Source: a virus
Taxonomy: Duplodnaviria > Caudoviricetes
Virus record (IMG/VR): IMGVR_UViG_3300036797_000054
Coordinates: 1 to 64,000 of that record
Length of the DNA: 64,000 bases
Strand: one strand, 5' to 3'
Numbering within the stretch: position 1 is the stretch's first letter; every line of letters begins with the position of its first letter. Positions 25,501-32,767 of the stretch are shown here, in pieces. The notes beneath the pieces are model-generated. The model ran no database searches, was not told the origin of the DNA, and saw only the letters and a program-made list of their open reading frames with translations. A program made the position numbers and the translations under genes.

Positions 25501-27569
25501 AGGGCAAGAACGGCGTCAGCTACTACCAGCTCTCAGACGACGGCAAGCACACGACCAACCTCATCACCGGCAAGGTCTACGACGCAAAGCCGAAATGGTC
25601 GGCGACGCCGCTGGTCGCTCCGCCGAGCGAGACGGCACAGCCAGCGCCCAAGCCCGAGCCGGGCACTGTCGGCGCGCTGAAAGTCGGCGACGAGTTCACG
25701 GTGCCCGAGGGTTACGCCGGTGAAGGATCGAAGTACGAGGTCGTGGACGCCACGCCCAAGTTCATGCCTGGGCTCGACGTGCACACGATCGACGCCAAGC
25801 CGATGTTCAGCAACAACGTCGAGCACTTCGCGATGGGCCTGAAGCTGGACGAGGCCGCCCCGCCGGTGGAGGTCGAGGGCACCGAGCTCGACAGCAAGGT
25901 CACGAAAGAGACGCCCTACGAGCATCTGACCAAAGGCGACACGGCGAAACTCGGCGCGCTGAAAGCGGGGGACCAGCTCAAGCTCACCAACGAGCCAACG
26001 ACGGTCTATCAGGTGGTGAAGCCCGCATCCCACGTCAAGGGCACCGACGAGTACGCCGAGGGCAACGCCGAGATCAAGCGCGTGCTGCCCAACGGGAACC
26101 TGAGCAACGTCACGCTGGCCGATGGCTGGCACTTCGACTTGCCGGTCAAGCTGCACGCCAAGGCCGAGGACGTGGTGCCGAAGGTCGTCCCGGACGACGG
26201 CGAGACGCTGCCACAGGCTGAGCAGCACGGCAAGCTGGTCGGATTCGAGAAACCGTCGAGCGGGCCGTATGTGTTCTCGCAGATCGCATTGCTGCCCAAC
26301 GGCGCGGTGTTCGAGGACGCCACGGGCAAAAAGTGGATGGTCAAGCAGACCGGCGCGAAGCCGATCATCAGCAACTCGCTGCACAACTACGAGGTGGCCG
26401 ACCCGTCGCTGCTCGTCGCCGACACCGCGCAGGACGCCTACCCGGCGCAGATCGGCAGCTTCCACGACTGGGCACCTCCCGTAGTGGGCGAACAGCACAG
26501 CCCCGACTTCGTGGCCGCCAAGGGCGATCTCGTGCCGAACGGCGCACACACGCCGCTCGGCGAGCTCACGCTGAAGCAGGGCGATTACGTCCAGATCAAC
26601 GGCTACGTGCTGAAGATCGAACCGTCTCAGAACGAGTACGTCAAAGCCGAGGAGGTCGAGACGGGCCAGCAGTTCCTCCTGAGCAAAGCACAGGTCCCTG
26701 AGATGATCTCGCCAGGGCATGTCGTACAGCCGCAGGTCGTTCCCGAGGAGAAAGCCCCCGCACCGACGCTCTACACCTATCCGATGACGCTCGCCGATCT
26801 GCCGGTGGGCGCGCATTACACAGTCGCGCCCGGTTCCTCGAACGTGCTGACCAAGTGGCATCCTGGCGCGAGCTCGCCAGCAAAGGTCTACGCCCAGGAG
26901 CCATCCGTATCAGGCGGTGCACCATTGCCAAAGGCGGTCGATCCGGCGGTACAGCCTCCCGTCAAAGGACCAGCCGACTTTGCGCCGAACGAGCCCGAGC
27001 CGGTCGTGAACGGCGATGTGCAGCCCGATGTGTTGCAACCGTTTGCCTCGCGCAAGGGGCCGGGCGGTGTCTATTCGCACCCGCGCCTGCACGAGACTCA
27101 GCCAGGGCAGATGTTCACCGACAAGAGCGGCGAGGACTATCGCGTCATCAGCCATGGTGCGGCCAAGACCATCTATGAACACGTCGGCAGCGGCAAGCAG
27201 CACTCGACGGCCAGCACCAACCGAGTCAAGGCGACGGCGCTCCCACCCGATCCGGGACCGCACCTGAAGCCGATCGTTGCCGAACTGACGGCCAAGTACG
27301 GCTCGCTGGAGAACGTGCCCAAGATGGAGGTCGCTGACGCGCCGACCTCGGCAACGGGCACCGGCGGCAAGGCGACCAACCCGAGGCTCGGCCATCTCAA
27401 TTACGGCGAGGTGGCCGTCGATGGTCAGGGCCACGCGATGATCTTCCTCGGTAGCTGGCTCAACCGTGCGCTCGTACTCGACTACAAGGGCGAACCCCGG
27501 CTTGCCGACGCCGCGGCCCGTGTGACGCTTGCCGACAAGGGCGCGGCCGTCACGCCGCCCTCGACATAG
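22521..27569 (+). CDS. giant (1682 aa) putative head-packaged protein with ART-like domain and many SH3/KOW-like modules
   Basis: WKSDLHPR..GGEF motif; ITLTHK / FSALS / GEKEV; recurring [LM]xxG[DET]xF...Y.V beta modules. Confidence 0.7.
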   Translation: MADWATLEVESAPGQAGRDDPDNLLGGPAGATTSILEYAPLEARDHDDAQDWGDPDEDTPVPTLIAGGEPVQLDPEAVIEAAVWKSDLHPRWPKGTPERGGEFMRVGEHFMSGGHEWEIAHIVHGHVIAHRAGGKVSTMGEHVFKVEPHPEGGGTHLPGVERVVAPIPTGSKSESGTVTVISPYVDSSTHDPSIPLPASSELSATEWQRFGHADQLVYTELMERFGTYKPGVAQKLVDEAYSKATQQVQNMVRNAYDSQYGSSTGKTLSLAKDQITTSDAELRTSAIALLAEHAAAVQWDLYNRTRSPDITLTHKSDNDQSWWKQKIAKKKAIFSALSQAWAYKHGSFGGHGMVTPFAIRHITMSTQSAHAGTGVKFLGEKEVSSPYRWVPDERSIPISDNGPQSKGLSWLAGATTVPVGGHIADALRDSLKNGTYLPPVAQPPNVTMDGASGKTWVDPPAKAADPQFGPGAKLPTTYDHLIAPSDLPKGVPWHKVDKDGNPVAQTGEEASAHVGQYFLGMKGTLYWIGPDPGAKGGYPFHIFKAENGTFTSEDFGYDATKPGYYIDKDFDLGDYLEKQNKAPGFTPSDWAESSDAKFVEEMSPGEKFKLNGTAYEVLGEPVNGQVPVIDMESGLKGKINGTYKTNYLIAADGSDHPAPSLDAPMFADGDWVQTPFGKARVTGVEEMPHAAQLVQVTHVSGIKGATEFPSNELSHWTPLVSGKPTVGTTFPYKGKKATVTKLLANGEIQLNLKPGKVKITEVEFAELHAHEAIPVHKYAIDQRKMKLGKMSVGDVFHASAGNQTLRPYQVVHNDEAAKIVHVQNLDTGKVEQMSKGVSYRRLLPQASSADVPPAEMPKGAPVKATGGNHVGPAWDPAKFEPGEKLTVQNMTVGTYFADTEGNINQKVEDTPTHSMGELLSNATTTLIAHGAQTTPLKTYKPIASADAPISAMLDVDDPGSGQHSQATPFDPSSYIEGEKVKIGELEPGTMFKTEGKNGVSYYQLSDDGKHTTNLITGKVYDAKPKWSATPLVAPPSETAQPAPKPEPGTVGALKVGDEFTVPEGYAGEGSKYEVVDATPKFMPGLDVHTIDAKPMFSNNVEHFAMGLKLDEAAPPVEVEGTELDSKVTKETPYEHLTKGDTAKLGALKAGDQLKLTNEPTTVYQVVKPASHVKGTDEYAEGNAEIKRVLPNGNLSNVTLADGWHFDLPVKLHAKAEDVVPKVVPDDGETLPQAEQHGKLVGFEKPSSGPYVFSQIALLPNGAVFEDATGKKWMVKQTGAKPIISNSLHNYEVADPSLLVADTAQDAYPAQIGSFHDWAPPVVGEQHSPDFVAAKGDLVPNGAHTPLGELTLKQGDYVQINGYVLKIEPSQNEYVKAEEVETGQQFLLSKAQVPEMISPGHVVQPQVVPEEKAPAPTLYTYPMTLADLPVGAHYTVAPGSSNVLTKWHPGASSPAKVYAQEPSVSGGAPLPKAVDPAVQPPVKGPADFAPNEPEPVVNGDVQPDVLQPFASRKGPGGVYSHPRLHETQPGQMFTDKSGEDYRVISHGAAKTIYEHVGSGKQHSTASTNRVKATALPPDPGPHLKPIVAELTAKYGSLENVPKMEVADAPTSATGTGGKATNPRLGHLNYGEVAVDGQGHAMIFLGSWLNRALVLDYKGEPRLADAAARVTLADKGAAVTPPST

Positions 27570-27589
27570 CAACCAAACGCTGCTAGCCT
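27561..27589 (+). promoter_or_regulatory. sigma70-type promoter with operator in spacer (class I)
   Basis: TCGACA-N17-TAGCCT; AGCAACCAAACGCTGCT at 27568-27584. Confidence 0.8.
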
Positions 27590-27619
27590 TTGCGGTGCAA
27601 CCTATGATTGGAGAGCACC

Positions 27620-27811
27620 ATGGACGACGACGACCAGCAGCCGACGAGGGAGTACGGAATCCTCGCTAACCGCGAGACGCGCCAGCCCGTGCGCATGAAG
27701 GCCGTCGTGCGCGAGAGCGAGGAGTCCCAGTCACGCTGGCGGTGCATCTTCGTGGCCGTGGGACCGACCGGCGTGGTCGAGCTCGCCAACTTCCGAATCG
27801 AGCAGAACTGA
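27620..27811 (+). CDS. hypothetical protein
   Basis: GGAG RBS after class I promoter. Confidence 0.65.
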   Translation: MDDDDQQPTREYGILANRETRQPVRMKAVVRESEESQSRWRCIFVAVGPTGVVELANFRIEQN

Positions 27812-28068
27812 TGGTGCTCGCTCTGTACTTCCTCGCGCTGATCATCTGCGCGCTGCTGGAGTTGGCATTCTGGATCGCGCTGTATGCGTTCGGAGCACTC
27901 TGCTTGACCCTCGCGCCGATCGCGCGATGGTTGCTCAGCGCGCTCACCGACTTGATCAACGCGCGCCATCTTCCATTCGACCGAGCGCGGCGCATCGAGA
28001 TCAGTCGGCCGCAGCCGCTCGTCCGTTCAGCCCACGACGCGAGCGCATCGCGCGCCTGGAGGCGCTGA
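27811..28068 (+). CDS. small membrane protein
   Basis: About 45 hydrophobic N-terminal residues; TGATG coupling. Confidence 0.6.
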   Translation: MVLALYFLALIICALLELAFWIALYAFGALCLTLAPIARWLLSALTDLINARHLPFDRARRIEISRPQPLVRSAHDASASRAWRR

Positions 28069-28220
28069 TGTCTTCGGTCCAGCAGGAACGAATTGACGTG
28101 CATGCGACTGGCCGCAATCGTGGGCTGCTGTGCCACGGCTGCAATGTGGCCGCGGGCTTCCTGCGCGACGACTCCGATAGGGCCATCGCGCTGGCGGTCT
28201 ACCTGAAGGGTGGGCAGTAG
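28068..28220 (+). pseudogene. truncated endonuclease VII-like fragment
   Basis: IDVHATGRNRGLLCHGCNVAAGFLRDD...AVYL matches the Endo VII C-terminus; the first CxxC and the DH motif are absent. Confidence 0.65.
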
Positions 28221-28222
28221 CC

Positions 28223-28624
28223 ATCTGGCTTTTTACCGACCGCGGTTTCTACAGCGTCGTGCAGCATCGCGAGGAGCACGACCTGTTGCTCGTGCGCGCG
28301 CGTGTGCGCAAGGATCTCGACGCGCTGAAGCCGCTGATCCCCGGCCTGCGCGTGTCCGTGACGCATGACGCGGACTATCCCTACCGCGCGCTCGTCACGC
28401 GCAAGGAGTGGGCACGCGCGCTCGAACGCCTGACGGCCGAGCTCGACTACGACAATTTCAAGGACGCGGTGAAGAAACGCCAGGGCGATCAGCGAGCGTC
28501 GATGTATCTGCGCGTGTGGTCAGTGCTCCAGGGCCTGACTCCACGGCGCGTGCGCTACAAGCAACTGCGTGCGCTGTACGACGGCACGGGTCGCCACTAT
28601 GGCATCGGCGAAAGCGTCCGCTGA
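28223..28624 (+). CDS. conserved hypothetical protein (xWLFTxxGFYSVV...VRAR...DYxYR...YxNFK type)
   Basis: Family-like N-terminus extends upstream of the GTG at 28259 to an ATC at 28223. Confidence 0.65.
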   Translation: MWLFTDRGFYSVVQHREEHDLLLVRARVRKDLDALKPLIPGLRVSVTHDADYPYRALVTRKEWARALERLTAELDYDNFKDAVKKRQGDQRASMYLRVWSVLQGLTPRRVRYKQLRALYDGTGRHYGIGESVR

Positions 28625-28643
28625 TGCGGGGTATGCTGGCGAT

Positions 28644-28907
28644 ATGAGCGCTACGGTCGAGCACCTACGCACGCTGCCACGCAAAGACGAGTGGACCGCC
28701 GACGAGGCGCTGGCGCTCTACGAAGACGTGGACGGCGTACCGTGCGTGCAGGGGCTGCCTGTGCCGTCGTTCGTCCAGTCGCGCGAGGACCGCGTGCGCT
28801 GGGCCAACTGCGTGCGCGTTGCCATGCGCACCACCGGCGAGAACGGCACGCCTCTCATTGCCGAAGTCGCCCGCGTGATGTTTGACGACCGGGAGAGCTA
28901 CGCCTAG
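28644..28907 (+). CDS. hypothetical protein
   Basis: ATG 6 nt after TATGCT (leaderless pattern). Confidence 0.6.
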   Translation: MSATVEHLRTLPRKDEWTADEALALYEDVDGVPCVQGLPVPSFVQSREDRVRWANCVRVAMRTTGENGTPLIAEVARVMFDDRESYA

Positions 28908-28909
28908 CC

Positions 28910-29203
28910 ATGGCAGTCGCTGAGCGCCCGCACCGACAGGCGTCTCGCGGCACCGTGCCCGAACAGCTCGTCTCGATCCTCGTCGAGCTGCGCGCGGAAG
29001 GGCTCATGTTCGAGCAGGCGTGGGATGAGGCGTTGCGGCACATCGTCTGGCCCGAGTCCCAGCGCGAGACGCTGGAATGGGAGCGAGCGCTGGAGGGGGT
29101 CCAGGAGACGTGGCGCGCGAGCTATGAACGCTGGGAGCCGACACCAGGGGAGACGGCAGTCGCCGGATTGCACCAAGGGTTGCGTGCAGTTCCGGCGTAT
29201 TAG
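28910..29203 (+). CDS. hypothetical protein
   Basis: 97-aa ORF directly after upstream stop. Confidence 0.6.
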   Translation: MAVAERPHRQASRGTVPEQLVSILVELRAEGLMFEQAWDEALRHIVWPESQRETLEWERALEGVQETWRASYERWEPTPGETAVAGLHQGLRAVPAY

Positions 29204-29246
29204 TGCTACCATCTGCTGCTCTTAGGCAACCAACTGGAGGTGCGAC

Positions 29247-30380
29247 ATGAAGGCAGCGAAATCACTCACCGAGCTGGCGGCTGAGCTCGAAGCGCAGAAG
29301 GAGCGCCGCCGCGACGTGGTCGTGGACTCGTCCGAGATCACGGTTCTGACCAGCGATCGCAGCGGCACCGAGATCACGCTCCCCGACGGCACGGCGCTCG
29401 TCCCGCAGCGGCTGTTCCACCGACAGCTCGGGCAGACCCTCGGGGTTCGCGCCGACCTGTACGACCGGCTGCGCCACGTTCACCCGATGCTGTTCGACCA
29501 GCTCGTCAACGGGCTCCTCGACCGGATGCCCATGGAGAACGACGGCCAGCGCGTGCGCCGGATGCTGCGCACCTACAGCGACGGCGGCGGCATCGACGGC
29601 CAGGGCGTCGCTCGCGCGCTGCTCTCCGACAGCTACCGGCGTATCGACAACATCGACCTCGCCGAGGCCGTGCTGCCGATCATCGGCAACATCCACGGTG
29701 CCGAAGTCACCGACTGCGAGCTGACCGAGACGCGCATGTACATCAAGGTGCTCGTCCCGACGATGCAGCGCAGCCTCAAGGAGCTGGTCGAACCGGGCCA
29801 CCACGAATTCCTCGACCCCGAGTCGCCCGACTACGTGCAGTGCGGGCTCGTGATCACCAACAGCGAGGTCGGTCACGGTGCGCTCTCGATCGAGCACATG
29901 CTGTTCCGGCTCGTGTGCACCAACGGCCTGATCGTCGGCAAGGCACTCCGTCGCAGTCACGTCGGCCGCAAGGTCGAGGTCGCCGAGGACTACTCGATCT
30001 ACTCCGACGAGACGGTCAAGGCCGACGACAAGGCGCTGATGATGAAGGTGAGCGACGCCGTGACGCACGCGGTGGACGAGGCCAAGTTCGACGCGCTGGC
30101 CCGGCAGTTCGCCGCCACGACCGCAAGCGCGCAGATCGAACACCCCGTCGAGGCGATGAAGGTGCTGACGAGCAAGATCGGCCTCACCGACACCGAGGGC
30201 GAATCCGTGCTGACGCACCTGATCCAGGGCCGCGATCTCTCGCAGTTCGGCGCGATCAACGCGCTGACGCGCGCGGCCCAGGACGTGGAGTCCTACGACC
30301 GCTCGGTCGAGCTGGAGCAGATCGGCTCGCAGGTCATGGGCATGCCGGGCGCGGAGTGGCGCGAGCTCGCCGCCGCGTAA
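29247..30380 (+). CDS. DUF932-family protein
   Basis: ARALLSDSYRRIDN, ITNSEVGHGA, RLVCTNG, NALTRAAQ; GGAGGTGCGAC-ATG. Confidence 0.85.
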   Translation: MKAAKSLTELAAELEAQKERRRDVVVDSSEITVLTSDRSGTEITLPDGTALVPQRLFHRQLGQTLGVRADLYDRLRHVHPMLFDQLVNGLLDRMPMENDGQRVRRMLRTYSDGGGIDGQGVARALLSDSYRRIDNIDLAEAVLPIIGNIHGAEVTDCELTETRMYIKVLVPTMQRSLKELVEPGHHEFLDPESPDYVQCGLVITNSEVGHGALSIEHMLFRLVCTNGLIVGKALRRSHVGRKVEVAEDYSIYSDETVKADDKALMMKVSDAVTHAVDEAKFDALARQFAATTASAQIEHPVEAMKVLTSKIGLTDTEGESVLTHLIQGRDLSQFGAINALTRAAQDVESYDRSVELEQIGSQVMGMPGAEWRELAAA

Positions 30381-30425
30381 AATCGGGAGACCGATCCGGG
30401 GAAGGTCGGTTCAAGGGGGTGGCAG

Positions 30426-30460
30426 GACTGAGGGCCGCGCGGCGAGCGCGGCCCTCAGTC
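30426..30460 (+). terminator. strong hairpin, probable terminator
   Basis: 15-bp stem GACTGAGGGCCGCGC/GCGCGGCCCTCAGTC, 5-nt loop, followed by TGTT. Confidence 0.75.
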
Positions 30461-30462
30461 TG

Positions 30463-30483
30463 TTAGGAGGCACCGCTTACGCT
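30463..30483 (+). promoter_or_regulatory. putative late promoter (class III), leaderless
   Basis: TTAG-N11-TACGCT, 6 nt before in-frame GTG 30490. Confidence 0.75.
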
Positions 30484-30489
30484 TCGATG

Positions 30490-31668
30490 GTGCCCAGCGC
30501 TCAGCTTGATGTTCGTCGCCAAGTGCGCGAGGCGGTCGAGGCCAAGACGACCGCCGAGCGTCCGCCGCGGACTCTCAGGCATGAACTGCCCGACGGCAGC
30601 ATCGCATCGCGGTTCACCAGTCGCGACTACACGCATGTCACGACAGCATCCGGCCACAAAGCCGAGCCGCTAGCTGGGCACAGTCCTCAACGCGTGGTCA
30701 GTTGGCACGAGAGCCACGCGGGCGCGACGCGGCGCGGGCGCGATATGGAGGGCGGCGGCTGGCGCAACGTGCTGGTCGAGCCGATCAACGCGCCGCCGGG
30801 AGACGCGCCGCCGCCGGTCGATCCTGACGCACCGGCGGGATCAGCCCCGCCGACAATCGACCCCACCGAACCAGGCGCAACGGACGCACTCCGAGGCTTT
30901 CGCCCTGGACCGTCTGATCCGAGCGATGCTGGCGACGGGAGTGCCGTCACCGAAGCCGCGACCCAAACGAACACGGAGGCCACGATGAGCGTGCAAGAGG
31001 CAGTCACAGCGTCGATCGAGGAGGCGCTCAGCGTGACCGAGCCGGACGACGGCGGTGACGGCTTCGTGGTGGAGGCGTCGGCGGCTGCGGAGATCCGCAA
31101 GGCCGTCGCCGACGCGCTGGGCGTCACCGAGTCGGCCAAGACGGCTGGGTACTCAGTCACGCACGCGCCGATCGGCAAAGGCGGCACGAACTGGATCACC
31201 AAGACCGCGCCCGGCAACACGGGCCAGCTCCCCGCCTACATCCAGAACGTCCGCAACGGGATTATGAAGGGGCCACCTCCCGTGGACGAGTCCAAGGCGA
31301 CCGAGATCGCCATCGGGCGCATCCGCGATTGGGCCGAGGGCAAGGGCAACGTCAAACCCGAAGTCCGCGCCGCGGCCGCGAAGGCGATCGCCGAGTTCGA
31401 GGCGATGAAAGGCAAGAACGACGCAAGCAAAGCGACCAAGAGCGTCAAAGAGGCGGCAGAGATCGCCGCGCATCAACAGCTCCTCTCCGACGAGCATCTG
31501 ATCGAGCTGGTCGAGGCCGACTATTCCGAGCGCGTGGCGATCGCCGAGGCGGACGCCGCTCCCGGCAAGAAGTTCTGTGTCAAGGACCGCGCCATGGTGA
31601 CGCCCGACGACAAGGGCAACTGCCCCAAGTGCGGTGCCGATCTCAGCAAGGTCAAAGCCACCAAGTAG
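30490..31668 (+). CDS. head-associated protein with many [ILV]xE[AS] motifs and C-terminal zinc ribbon
   Basis: NWI..GQLPAYIQNV..AIGRIRDWAEG..AAAAKAIAEFE helical domain; CPKCG; possible internal start at 30985 with GGAGG. Confidence 0.7.
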   Translation: MPSAQLDVRRQVREAVEAKTTAERPPRTLRHELPDGSIASRFTSRDYTHVTTASGHKAEPLAGHSPQRVVSWHESHAGATRRGRDMEGGGWRNVLVEPINAPPGDAPPPVDPDAPAGSAPPTIDPTEPGATDALRGFRPGPSDPSDAGDGSAVTEAATQTNTEATMSVQEAVTASIEEALSVTEPDDGGDGFVVEASAAAEIRKAVADALGVTESAKTAGYSVTHAPIGKGGTNWITKTAPGNTGQLPAYIQNVRNGIMKGPPPVDESKATEIAIGRIRDWAEGKGNVKPEVRAAAAKAIAEFEAMKGKNDASKATKSVKEAAEIAAHQQLLSDEHLIELVEADYSERVAIAEADAAPGKKFCVKDRAMVTPDDKGNCPKCGADLSKVKATK

Positions 31669-32703
31669 ATGAGCGCTCGACAGGCAGCAGAGGAGGCCGC
31701 GGAGCGCGTGCTGGAGGCGATCGGCGGCGCGCAGGATCAGTCGATCATCGCTCGCGCGCAGACTCGCTCGGCCGTTCCGCTGCGCCAGCGTGGGCGCACG
31801 GGCAACGCCAGCCATTTCAACTCCTCGCTGCACCCGCACGGCCAGCATGGCCGCTTTCGCTCCACCGGCGGCCGCCACCCTCGGGCACAAGCATCGAGCG
31901 TCCGCGATCCCGCACAGATCAAGCAGTTCCAGAAGCAGTACGGCTTGCCACAGACGGGCAAGCTCGACGCGGCCACCCGCGCGACGATGGCCGCGCCGCC
32001 GCAGCAGACGATTGGTCAGCAAGCAGCGTCGGCGGCACGCGCAGCCGCAGCGGCAGAAGCACAAAAGACGCGGGAATCAATGCAGAAACGGGAAGCGAAA
32101 CGCAAGATCGAAGGCAAGTCCCCGAGCTCGTCGTCAACGTCGAGTCGCAGCGGCAGCTCGTCCTCGACCAGCGAACGCTCCGCACTGAAGGCAGCGGAAA
32201 AGATCGCGCACGACGCTGGCAATCAGAGGCTTGCCGAATCGCTGCGCAAACAGCTCCAACAGCTCCCCAGCTCGGGCGCGAGCAAGAGCGCGAGCAAAGC
32301 TGCTGCGAACAAGATCACCAACGACATCACCGGCGAATCGTGGACAGGACAGCTCAACGTCAAGGAAGACCTGCACGCAGGCGTCGGCATGGAAGCGGGC
32401 AAGCCCGCGAGCCCCGCGGTGGGGTTGTTGCAATCCAAGTTGCAGGCGCTCGGCTACAACGTCGGCTCCGCCGGTGTCGATGGCAAGTTCGGCAAATCGA
32501 CTCAGGTTGCCGTCAAGGTGCTGCAACGCGAATACGGGCTGAAGCCCGATGGCATCGTGGGACCGCAGACGTTGCAGCTCCTCGAAACGCTCACTGAACG
32601 CGCGCAGCGCTGGGCCAAGCAGGGCATCATCGAGGCCGAGGTATTGGTAGGCGAGAGCGTCGTAGCCGCCGCACGCGCCGCCGTCAACTGCGCTCTGGCC
32701 TGA
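31669..32703 (+). CDS. head-associated protein with two peptidoglycan-binding (PG_binding_1-like) domains
   Basis: IKQFQKQYGLPQTGKLDAAT and LQSKLQALGY..VDGKFGKSTQVAVKVLQREYGLKPDGIVGPQT; FNSSLHPH..GRF motif. Confidence 0.8.
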   Translation: MSARQAAEEAAERVLEAIGGAQDQSIIARAQTRSAVPLRQRGRTGNASHFNSSLHPHGQHGRFRSTGGRHPRAQASSVRDPAQIKQFQKQYGLPQTGKLDAATRATMAAPPQQTIGQQAASAARAAAAAEAQKTRESMQKREAKRKIEGKSPSSSSTSSRSGSSSSTSERSALKAAEKIAHDAGNQRLAESLRKQLQQLPSSGASKSASKAAANKITNDITGESWTGQLNVKEDLHAGVGMEAGKPASPAVGLLQSKLQALGYNVGSAGVDGKFGKSTQVAVKVLQREYGLKPDGIVGPQTLQLLETLTERAQRWAKQGIIEAEVLVGESVVAAARAAVNCALA

Positions 32704-32740
32704 CGTTTCCCGACGCGCCTATCTGCGTCGGTTCATGCGT

Positions 32741-32761
32741 TTAGAGCACAGCACTTACCTT
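32741..32761 (+). promoter_or_regulatory. putative late promoter (class III), leaderless
   Basis: TTAG-N11-TACCTT, 6 nt before ATG 32768. Confidence 0.75.
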
Positions 32762-32767
32762 TGTCCC

